A DNA stretch of 64,000 nt. Source: Candidatus Nanohalarchaeota archaeon (GTDB taxonomy: Archaea; Nanohalarchaeota; Nanosalinia; Nanosalinales; Nanosalinaceae). The stretch spans positions 1 through 64,000 of the forward strand of contig JALDAJ010000001.1 of assembly GCA_022729235.1 (NCBI GenBank), given 5' to 3'. A program made the translations under genes and the position numbers. Position 1 is the stretch's first letter, and each line of letters starts with the position of its first letter. Below are positions 56,506 through 64,000 of the stretch, one piece after another. The notes below the pieces were generated by a model. That model was not told where the DNA came from. It saw only the letters and a list, made by a program, of their open reading frames with translations, and searched no databases.

Positions 56506-56979
56506 TTAATCCCACGTTCCAGTACGGTAGTAGTTCTTCAGGTAGTCCGTCCATTTCTCCAGCTCCTCCTCTATCTCCTCACCCGACATGCGTTCGCCGG
56601 AGGCGAGCTTGCCCTGTACTATTCTGGTCGCGCCGTGACCAGCCGACTGCCGGGTTATCCTTATGTCGGTCTCATCCAGGTACTCCGTCTCCGGCGATGC
56701 GATTTCCTCTCTTTCAGGCTCCTCATCAACTTTCTCCTGGAATCCATGGAAGTTGGTGAAACCTTCCGCCGTTTTCGACCAGAGGATTCTCCATGACTCG
56801 TTCAGGTATTTTTCCCTGTCACGCGGCACTTCCTCTACGAGGTCATCTTCCAGAGTGGTGTAACGGTTGCCGGCGGAGTCCTCTACCACGAGAACATCGT
56901 ATCCCGAGCGATCCTCCACTTTTATGCTGACAGGTTCTATGATACGCTCTCTTAGCTGCGATTTTTCTTGATCCGGCAT
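56506..56979 (-). CDS. Hypothetical protein, possible OB-fold ssDNA binder
   Basis: Beta-rich N-domain plus IRITRQSA helix; directly after nreA. Confidence 0.6.
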   Translation of the reverse strand: MPDQEKSQLRERIIEPVSIKVEDRSGYDVLVVEDSAGNRYTTLEDDLVEEVPRDREKYLNESWRILWSKTAEGFTNFHGFQEKVDEEPEREEIASPETEYLDETDIRITRQSAGHGATRIVQGKLASGERMSGEEIEEELEKWTDYLKNYYRTGTWD

Positions 56980-57026
56980 TTTTATCCTCCAAGATGAACT
57001 TGTACCTCAAGGCTTTTGTCTCTTGT

Positions 57027-58223
57027 TCAGAAGTCGGAGAGCGTGAACTGTCTTCCGCCCAGCAAACGGCTCTTATTCTTGATGCGAGAGTAAAGAAGGC
57101 GGAATTCTCTTCCGAGCTTCCAGTGCACGTCCCTGAACTCGTCCAGCTCCGTGGAGTTTCCGGGTTCCGGGTTGTCAAAGGCGTTCCTGACTGTTTCACG
57201 TATCACCCATACGCCGAGCGGAGCCCAGTACTCCGGCGTCACGTCCCGGACTATCAGCACCTTCGCCTGTCTTCCCCGGGACGCGAGGTGTTCGAGCGCG
57301 CCTAACCTTGCGGCGTAGTATGCGCCCGCGGTCTCTTCCGCGTAACCTGTTCTTCCCGAGTACGGCTCGTAGTTTGCAGGGATATAGGTGTCGCTGGCAG
57401 CGTTCCAGGTTGACCCCGGTCTCTTGAGTTCTACGAGTTCGTATTCCCACTTACCCGGAATTAGGAAGATGTGAAAGTAGTTTCCCACATAGCTGTTTTT
57501 GTAGTATTCTATCTGTCCCAGTTCCTGGCAGTCCTTCACCCGTTCCCGGAGCCTCTGGGATATCATGTCATCGCTCGCGGTTATCGACCACCTCGTAGGC
57601 ACTAGCTTCCTGTTCTCGACCTCGCCGAGCATTCCCGCGGATAAAGCCTGCTGGAGCTTGTAATTGTCAACCCCCTTTGTATAGAGTTCTCTCACCGCGC
57701 TCTCTGCTTTCCAGTCCGTATCGTAAAAGGCATCCTCCAGTTTTCTCTCGACCGACGGGTTCTCTCCGAGTATGAACTTTTCGATATCCCCAGAGGCTGA
57801 AACCGGTTTCACACGACCACCGGATATCGAGCTCTGGGGCTGTTTATCAAGCGATACCTCGACTTCAACAGGTTTTCGCGCCATCGCGATTTCCCGCGTG
57901 TTGTCGAGGAACCGATCGCTGTCCTCCACCTTTAGCTTTCTCTTCGAGTTGACAAGCGAGGTCCTTAACTGGGCTATCTTCCTGATATCGTAGCCCTCCC
58001 TGTACCATTCATCCGGCGAGTCAAGGAGTTCGGAACTGCCCGGGTGCTGCGGCGACAGGACGCCGGTATTGACCTTGGGATAGTTGCTGGAGCCTATGAA
58101 AACCGAGGGGGGCGACGTTCCGTGAAAGTCCTTCTTCCGCCGTTGTGAAGGCATCATGACCTCTTCCAGCCGTTTCCTAGCCTCCGCTGCACTCATACCC
58201 TTCGCGAGTTTGCCGTAGGCCAT
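57027..58223 (-). CDS. nreA: DNA repair protein NreA
   Basis: SPPSVFIG..NYP, LVPTRWSITA.D, GAYYAAR, PLGVWVIRETVR, C-terminal PIP QFTLSDF. Confidence 0.93.
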   Translation of the reverse strand: MAYGKLAKGMSAAEARKRLEEVMMPSQRRKKDFHGTSPPSVFIGSSNYPKVNTGVLSPQHPGSSELLDSPDEWYREGYDIRKIAQLRTSLVNSKRKLKVEDSDRFLDNTREIAMARKPVEVEVSLDKQPQSSISGGRVKPVSASGDIEKFILGENPSVERKLEDAFYDTDWKAESAVRELYTKGVDNYKLQQALSAGMLGEVENRKLVPTRWSITASDDMISQRLRERVKDCQELGQIEYYKNSYVGNYFHIFLIPGKWEYELVELKRPGSTWNAASDTYIPANYEPYSGRTGYAEETAGAYYAARLGALEHLASRGRQAKVLIVRDVTPEYWAPLGVWVIRETVRNAFDNPEPGNSTELDEFRDVHWKLGREFRLLYSRIKNKSRLLGGRQFTLSDF

Positions 58224-58298
58224 GGTGTAGAATTAGTGGCGAAAAGACTTGTAACTTTGGAACAGTCTTTTGCATATTCTTTCCTGATAGCTACATAG

Positions 58299-58811
58299 AT
58301 GACAAGCAAGGACGATGTGAGAGCTCTTTACAAGAACTTTCACGATATCTTTGACCTAGAATACGCGGAAGAGGAAAGATGGTGGTCGGATTTAACTAGT
58401 ACGGAAGGTTATGTCGAGACCGCAGAAAACCGATACTATCCTCTACCTGAGGATGCAGACAACATCAGGCACGCAGAGGCGACTTTTGAGATAGGTCGTG
58501 AGATAGCCGATACTATAGACCAAGATAAAAGAGAAATAGAACGATTACGTGAAGAGTTCGAAGAGTTGAGAGGTGAAATGCACGATATGCGTAACCGGAA
58601 TAGATCTGTGTATAAGAAAAATCAACTAGTACAGTACGGCGTTCTATTGGGCATCGTTGCAGAGGATATAGACCCTGAACCCGAGAACTGCTTGCCGGGT
58701 AACCCCTTCACCACCGGCAGAGAAACATATGAGGAAGAGATTCTCGAATTTTCCCAGAACATAGTTGACGCTCTCTCAGATGAAGATGAGAGAAAATTGA
58801 GAGCAGACTAA
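58299..58811 (+). CDS. Acidic hypothetical protein (ORFan)
   Basis: 170-aa acidic helical ORF. Confidence 0.6.
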   Translation: MTSKDDVRALYKNFHDIFDLEYAEEERWWSDLTSTEGYVETAENRYYPLPEDADNIRHAEATFEIGREIADTIDQDKREIERLREEFEELRGEMHDMRNRNRSVYKKNQLVQYGVLLGIVAEDIDPEPENCLPGNPFTTGRETYEEEILEFSQNIVDALSDEDERKLRAD

Positions 58812-60565
58812 CCTATCTTCCAGTGCGGATTTACTGAGTCCTTGATATTGACTATCTCGTCCAGGACGTTTTTCTCACCCTGCCCTATTATATCATCCAG
58901 CTCCTGTAGCCGGCGGTAGTCATCGCTTGTTATATCAGTGTAGAGTGTCTCGCCTTCCTCGAAGTCTCTACCTACCGTTGCACTCGATACTGAGACCGCG
59001 ACCTCGCTTCCTCTCTCCGCCTTATCCAGACTCTCGTTCTCCTCCTGGACCGACTTGACACGACCTACTTTCTCACCTTCAGTATTGAGGAGATATCCTC
59101 CTGGCTTGAGAACTCCTTCCACAACCTTTACCCCGCAAACCGCCGGATTTGACTGTCGGAAGACGTGTCCCTCAAGAACTCTTATCCGGGCAGGTCTCTG
59201 GATTGCTTCAAGAGCCATTTCACGCTGTTGTTGCTCCATCTCCTGCCTCCAGTCGTGATAGTCCTCTATTATCTCGTATATCACCGGGCTCTGGAATACC
59301 TCGACATTCTTGTCACGTGAAGCCTGTGTTCCCTGTTGGTTGATAGAGGTGTTAAAGGCAAGTATCGCGCGGTACTCCGGATCCTCACTGTCGATTTCTA
59401 CTACGTCGTTTTTGGTGACCTGACCGACTTCGGCTTTCTGGACCTGGATCTCCTCTTTCTCCAGCTCACGCATCAATGCCTCGAGGGAGCCGAGAGAGTC
59501 CGCCTTCGCGATGACCCCGTGTTTATGAGTTTCAAACTCTGCTGCCTCCAGCTCATCTTCTACTTCTTTCTTTGCATCTTCAAGCTCATCCACGGATGCA
59601 ACGCGTACAGGGGCGCCGGATATCACGCCTTCCATGTCTTTCCCGACTATCTTCACACCAGAGGCAGGATGTACCTCCTCCACATGGTCGAATTTCCTGT
59701 CGACACGTATCTCCTTCAACGGTTTTGGCTCCAGTAACGCACGTATATCAGTTACCTTGACGCCCTCCGACGTTCCGTACACTAGTTTCTCTTCCTTGGA
59801 TATCGTGCCATCGTAGTGTATCACGTCGATAGTGGTTCCGAGCCCCTCCTCCTGCGAGACCTCTAGGACGGTCCCGCGCCCTATACCTTCCTCTACTTTC
59901 AGACTGTCGGCGAGGTAGCGCTGGGAAAGCCCGGCGACAACCATCAGCAGCTCGGGGATACCTTCGCCTGTCTTCGCGCTCATCGGCACCATAGCTACTT
60001 TTTTACGGAAGTCATCCACTCTGTCAAACCTGTCCGCGACTATGTCGTACTCATTCAGTTCTCCCATCAACTCATAGATACGTTCGTCCAGCTGTTGCTT
60101 GACCTGGTCGGACTGTTTCTGGAGGCACTGCAGGAACGAACCATCAGAAGAGTTCCAGCCGTGCATCTTGTCAACTTTGTTCAGCGCGACGATGAAAGGC
60201 GTCTCCGACTCTTTCAGTATCTCTATAGCCTCCTCTGTCTGCGGCTGCACACCCTCTTCTATATCAATAACAAGAATCGCGATATCGCTTATCGATCCAC
60301 CTCGCTTCCTCAAGGACGAGAAAGCTGCGTGACCCGGCGTGTCTATGAAAAGTACCCCGGGGATAGTCACCTCTATATCTAAACGCTCAAGCAGGTCGCC
60401 GCAAACCTCCTCTACTGTTCCAAGAGGGACTTCTGTCGCGCCAATCATCTGTGTGATGCCTCCTGCCTCTCCCTCAACTATACGGGACTCTCTAATACGG
60501 TCGAGAAGTGTCGTTTTCCCCGAGTCGACGTGACCCAGTACTGAGAGTATCGGCTGGCGCGGCAT
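58808..60565 (-). CDS. infB: Translation initiation factor aIF5B/IF-2
   Basis: LGHVDSGKT, GGITQ.IGA, DTPGH, NKVD, SAKTGEG. Confidence 0.98.
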   Translation of the reverse strand: MPRQPILSVLGHVDSGKTTLLDRIRESRIVEGEAGGITQMIGATEVPLGTVEEVCGDLLERLDIEVTIPGVLFIDTPGHAAFSSLRKRGGSISDIAILVIDIEEGVQPQTEEAIEILKESETPFIVALNKVDKMHGWNSSDGSFLQCLQKQSDQVKQQLDERIYELMGELNEYDIVADRFDRVDDFRKKVAMVPMSAKTGEGIPELLMVVAGLSQRYLADSLKVEEGIGRGTVLEVSQEEGLGTTIDVIHYDGTISKEEKLVYGTSEGVKVTDIRALLEPKPLKEIRVDRKFDHVEEVHPASGVKIVGKDMEGVISGAPVRVASVDELEDAKKEVEDELEAAEFETHKHGVIAKADSLGSLEALMRELEKEEIQVQKAEVGQVTKNDVVEIDSEDPEYRAILAFNTSINQQGTQASRDKNVEVFQSPVIYEIIEDYHDWRQEMEQQQREMALEAIQRPARIRVLEGHVFRQSNPAVCGVKVVEGVLKPGGYLLNTEGEKVGRVKSVQEENESLDKAERGSEVAVSVSSATVGRDFEEGETLYTDITSDDYRRLQELDDIIGQGEKNVLDEIVNIKDSVNPHWKIG

Positions 60566-60612
60566 AGAACATCACTATAACCTCTATCAGCTGGAAATTT
60601 TATAAAATCGAC

Positions 60613-61161
60613 CTAGCTTCGGGCGTCCTCCTCAAATTCAGCCGTCTCTCTATCATACCTTACAGCTTCTTCAATCTCTCCGAAGAAATGATCTAGAATA
60701 TCATCCCCCTCATCTAGACTTTGACGGGTTATTGTAGCAGCTCCGATATCAACTCTGCCTTCACTACTCTGTGTAGGATCAATATCTACGTACTTATCAC
60801 GCTGTTCCATCATCTCCCTGAAAGCGTCAGCAGCTGTACCTGCTTGAATTACTTCCGGCCACACAGCTGCATTTAGGGCAACGAAAACATCTTCATCCTC
60901 AGGAATCCCTTCTCCAGAACCTGAATAATGACCATCGACATATATGAAGATGCTGGCAGTCGTATCTTCGTCTTCATAGACAAACTCAGGATCGGAAACT
61001 TCAACTAAATGTTCCGCTCTGATCGGTTCATGAGTCCATTCATCATCCTCATACCTTCGTTTTCTCCAGCCATAGTCGTTAACTATATCTACAAGCTCCT
61101 CATAACGCTCTTCTGATACACCGTGAAACTCTGCAAACTCCTCTATACGGTTTTGACTCAT
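60613..61161 (-). CDS. Acidic hypothetical protein (ORFan)
   Basis: Acidic ORF; start set at MSQNR with a TATA upstream. Confidence 0.6.
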   Translation of the reverse strand: MSQNRIEEFAEFHGVSEERYEELVDIVNDYGWRKRRYEDDEWTHEPIRAEHLVEVSDPEFVYEDEDTTASIFIYVDGHYSGSGEGIPEDEDVFVALNAAVWPEVIQAGTAADAFREMMEQRDKYVDIDPTQSSEGRVDIGAATITRQSLDEGDDILDHFFGEIEEAVRYDRETAEFEEDARS

Positions 61162-61235
61162 GTGTGATAAAAACATAGCAACTTTTAAAAATCAGCCGAT
61201 ACTCCTCAAGCCACTCAAAGATAATAGAATTTCTT

Positions 61236-61388
61236 CTATTCTTCTTTATCAGGGTAGCTGAGTGAACGTTCATTCAGGTAGTTCTTCTCGCACTTGCTGG
61301 AGCAGAAGTAAAGCTTCTCTCCTGACTGCAGGACAAGCATCTTGCCCTTTGTCTTTTCTACTTCAGTTCCACAGTAGTCGCATTCCAT
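61236..61388 (-). CDS. rpl24e: 50S ribosomal protein L24e, not in ORF track
   Basis: MECDYCG...GKMLV...YFCSSKCEKN (50 aa). Confidence 0.95.
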   Translation of the reverse strand: MECDYCGTEVEKTKGKMLVLQSGEKLYFCSSKCEKNYLNERSLSYPDKEE

Positions 61389-61439
61389 TTTACGAAAACA
61401 CCTCCGTGTTTTCTTGAGTTCCTGAATTCATGAATTCAG

Positions 61440-61616
61440 TCATCCCTCCATCTCCGTCTCCTTGATATGTACTACGTCGTCTTCTCTTACCGGTCCCCGG
61501 ACATTTCTCACAAGGATCTTTCCTTCCTCATCACCTTCTACTATCCTGCAACGCACCTTGCGGACACTGCGGTGTCCCTGTTCTCCGATTACTTCAACTA
61601 TTTTTGCGAGGACCAT
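61440..61616 (-). CDS. rps28e: 30S ribosomal protein S28e, not in ORF track
   Basis: AKIVEVIG...VRCRI...LVRNVRGPVREDD...ETE (58 aa). Confidence 0.95.
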   Translation of the reverse strand: MVLAKIVEVIGEQGHRSVRKVRCRIVEGDEEGKILVRNVRGPVREDDVVHIKETEMEG

Positions 61617-61626
61617 GATACATCAG

Positions 61627-61998
61627 TTATTCTTCTTTTTCCAGGAGTTCAGCTGATTTTTGGGCGATATCTTCGACATCGTTTTCTGCAGATCCGCTCG
61701 CAGTTATCGCGATCGCGGCTGATTGAACTCCGATACCTGCAGCAAGACCTAGTTCCTCTCTTTCAGGTACAAATGTGTACGGGATGTCTCGTTCCTCACA
61801 GAGCGCAGGGATGTGCATCACGATTTCTTCGGGAGAAACATCGCTGGCGATAACAACCAGTTCTGCCTCGTTCCTCTCAATCGCCTTGGTAACTTCGTTG
61901 GTTCCGATAACTACTTTTCCGGAACCTTCTGCTTCTTCAACTGTGTCGTAGGTTTTTTCTGCTAGTGATTCTCCTGGTTCAAATTTTTGGTAAGCCAT
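61627..61998 (-). CDS. rpl7ae: 50S ribosomal protein L7Ae
   Basis: GTNEVTKAIER, DVSPEEIVMHIP.LCEE, LGLAAG. Confidence 0.97.
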   Translation of the reverse strand: MAYQKFEPGESLAEKTYDTVEEAEGSGKVVIGTNEVTKAIERNEAELVVIASDVSPEEIVMHIPALCEERDIPYTFVPEREELGLAAGIGVQSAAIAITASGSAENDVEDIAQKSAELLEKEE

Positions 61999-62175
61999 TA
62001 TTTTTTGCACCTCGATTGCGTCATCGGTTGCAAGCCTTAGCAGGCCTGTGTCACTGAAAGAGGATGAAACTTTTTTATATACCACGCGGACTCGGTGAGA
62101 GCTACAGCTATTGAGAAACACAACCATAGTCATGCCGTTTTACTTATCCCGATAGCTCTAGCTTCATTTCTCTCC

Positions 62176-62781
62176 ATGGACGACTACAGGCTTGTTAACG
62201 CAGCTGTCGACAACGTGAAGAACTATCTCAGGGCGATAGACGCCGACCCCGCCGAAGTGGAGGTATCACTCCAACCTTATTTCGACGAGGAAGGAGATAC
62301 GGTACGGATAGACTACCGCGCCTCGATCTCACAGGGAGAGATAGAGCTAGACCATAGGATTGAGAGAAGCCATGAGTTCCACAACAGCCAGGACTATGAG
62401 CTGGATTATATCCTCTGGGTGGAAGAGTTCCTGCAAGAGTTCCGGGGTGCACGTATCAACTATATGTCCGCCCCTCTGACAGGAGAGATGATAGATACAT
62501 CTGTGGAAAACGTGAAAAATTTTCTCCAAGTGATACGGGAGGAGCCGGAGAACATATCTATACTTGTTGAGCCCGACTATGATGATGAACTGGAGTCATG
62601 GATTATAGAATATTACGTGCGGCCGACAGAACTGGATGTTACTTCCTCAATGAGTATGCAAGAACCGCTGGGAGAAACAGAAGAAGAGTTCAAAGCTGTT
62701 TACACTCTATGGATAGCCCGGTTTAAAGAAGAGTTCCCTGAATCAGAGATGTTCTATCCTGAAATAGAAGACATCCTATAA
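62176..62781 (+). CDS. Hypothetical protein with an internal tandem domain duplication
   Basis: VDNVKNYL...YILWVEEF.QEF and VENVKNFL...YTLWIARF.EEF. Confidence 0.7.
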   Translation: MDDYRLVNAAVDNVKNYLRAIDADPAEVEVSLQPYFDEEGDTVRIDYRASISQGEIELDHRIERSHEFHNSQDYELDYILWVEEFLQEFRGARINYMSAPLTGEMIDTSVENVKNFLQVIREEPENISILVEPDYDDELESWIIEYYVRPTELDVTSSMSMQEPLGETEEEFKAVYTLWIARFKEEFPESEMFYPEIEDIL

Positions 62782-63009
62782 CTATTGCTGTTCCGGGTCG
62801 AATTCCGCCAGTTTGTCGCTTTCGATGTAGTCCAGCTCCTCTTCCAGTTCACGGATGAGAAGGTTGAGATCGTGTCTCTGGCGCTCGGTTGCGGCTTCGT
62901 AACTTTCCAGTTCGTTAACCAGTTTGCTGCTCAGAAGCTCTACAAGTGCGTGTTCAGAGTTTGCATCACGGAATTCGTCGAGAACCTCCAGTACTTCTTC
63001 TCTTTCCAT
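62782..63009 (-). CDS. Small acidic helical hypothetical protein
   Basis: 75-aa ORF in tandem with the next gene. Confidence 0.6.
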   Translation of the reverse strand: MEREEVLEVLDEFRDANSEHALVELLSSKLVNELESYEAATERQRHDLNLLIRELEEELDYIESDKLAEFDPEQQ

Positions 63010-63035
63010 AACAAGTGATTGTAGGAGCCAGTTTT

Positions 63036-63779
63036 TTATTCTTCTCGCGGGGATATTATATCCTCGACCGCTGTCCTGTTATCCTCGAACTCCATAAGGA
63101 TCTCTCTTACATCACGCTCGATACCTTGATCCTCCTGTAAACCTGCTTCAAGATCGTTAACTGTTCTTTCCATATCATCTGCGAGGTAGAGCATATCCTC
63201 TATCATCTGTTTCGCGCGGAGAAACTTCTGCTGTCTGAGAAATAGCGGTCCCCGGTCGATTTCAGGAACATCGATTTCACGTGTCTCGGGCGGTGAAGGA
63301 ACCTCGCTACTCAGTTGGTCGACGTTTCGAGAATCCGTGAGACCTGCCTGTGTAGTCTTAGACCGTTGCTGGTTTGATGGCGGAGTATCCGATGCGGTCT
63401 CGTCAAGCTGCTGTTGCTGGGGCTCCTGTGGAGCCGGCTGTTGACTCTGCTGTCCTTCCTGCCAGGTATCTTGCTGTTCTTCACCGAACTTTTCCTCGAA
63501 CTCGTCAAGTTCCTCCTCCATTTCCCCTCCAGATCCGTTCTGGGAAACTGGGTCGAAAGAGTCTGTACCAGAATTTTCAAAACTCTGGGACTGCTGTGAT
63601 GCGCCAGTACTCTGCTCTGCTCCTTCATCAAAACCTGTTTCAAAATCCTCTCCAAGACCTGCTTCGTCCCCTACTTCTTCTCCCACGGCTTTTCCATCTT
63701 CAACCATCTCTTTTATCTGCTCCATATTCTCCCGGAGCTTCTCCTTGTCATCGTTCCCGAAATCGAACATCCTGTCCAA
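63036..63779 (-). CDS. Hypothetical protein with disordered acidic N-region and C-terminal coiled coil
   Basis: GPLFL motif followed by a coiled coil. Confidence 0.7.
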   Translation of the reverse strand: MDRMFDFGNDDKEKLRENMEQIKEMVEDGKAVGEEVGDEAGLGEDFETGFDEGAEQSTGASQQSQSFENSGTDSFDPVSQNGSGGEMEEELDEFEEKFGEEQQDTWQEGQQSQQPAPQEPQQQQLDETASDTPPSNQQRSKTTQAGLTDSRNVDQLSSEVPSPPETREIDVPEIDRGPLFLRQQKFLRAKQMIEDMLYLADDMERTVNDLEAGLQEDQGIERDVREILMEFEDNRTAVEDIISPREE

Positions 63780-63842
63780 GAATAGCCCGAGCTCGGGTTT
63801 AAATATTCCGGTAGTCTCAAGGCATTCCCGGCAACCAGGAAA

Positions 63843-63998
63843 TCACTGGGATTTTCCTGCATGTTCAACAGCTTCTTCCACGAAATCCTCGAAGCGCTCC
63901 TCGTAGCTCTCATCTATAAGTTCTCCCTCTTCATCGAATACATCCCGAACGTTAGATATCGGAAGATGCGGTCCCGGTTCAGCGTTCAGCGCGAGCGT
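63843..63998 (-). CDS. C-terminus of a probable NADPH-dependent FMN reductase (partial)
   Basis: TLALNAEPGPHLPISNVRDVFDEEGELIDESYEERFEDFVEE; gene extends beyond the right edge. Confidence 0.55.
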   Translation of the reverse strand, partial: TLALNAEPGPHLPISNVRDVFDEEGELIDESYEERFEDFVEEAVEHAGKSQ

Positions 63999-64000
63999 GA

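Noticed and set aside
2202-63802. Many long Ser-rich antisense ORFs (e.g. 2202, 12607, 33337, 37383, 63374)
   Set aside because: They lie opposite well-supported genes, as expected for an acidic proteome.
1-64000. CRISPR or other regularly spaced repeat arrays, including TIGR-like arrays near nop5
   Set aside because: No run of three or more equally spaced repeats was seen by eye. nop5 sits next to fibrillarin, the normal C/D sRNP context.

Overview
The window looks like archaeal chromosome from an extremely halophilic DPANN lineage, most likely Candidatus Nanohaloarchaeota. This is an inference from the very acidic proteome, archaeal informational genes, compact layout and many leaderless genes with a TATA box about 25 nt upstream. 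The backbone is mostly minus-strand housekeeping clusters: pus10-rpl21e-rpoF-DUF655-rsmA-pyrG-hemK, srp54, rps19e-PDCD5-rpl39e-rpl31e-eif6-rplX-pfdA-ftsY, thrS, rnz, a SUF operon, xpd, nreA, infB and rpl7ae-rps28e-rpl24e, plus nop5-flpA on the plus strand. Inserted between them are six type II toxin-antitoxin-like pairs, AT-richer ORFans and two large surface proteins. Several small genes missing from the ORF track were found by hand translation. The most unusual signals are: (1) a DUF3800/RNase-H-like gene with a convergent, promoter-bearing, three-way-junction RNA of about 83 nt beside a transposase relic; (2) a TFB whose zinc ribbon is replaced by three transmembrane helices; (3) tRNA-Gly(GCC) with a BHB intron in the D-loop, a duplicated 3' end and a local family of short palindromes; (4) a vapBC cassette bracketed by 51-bp direct repeats. 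No CRISPR array or rRNA was seen. All family calls come from motif recognition, not database searches.
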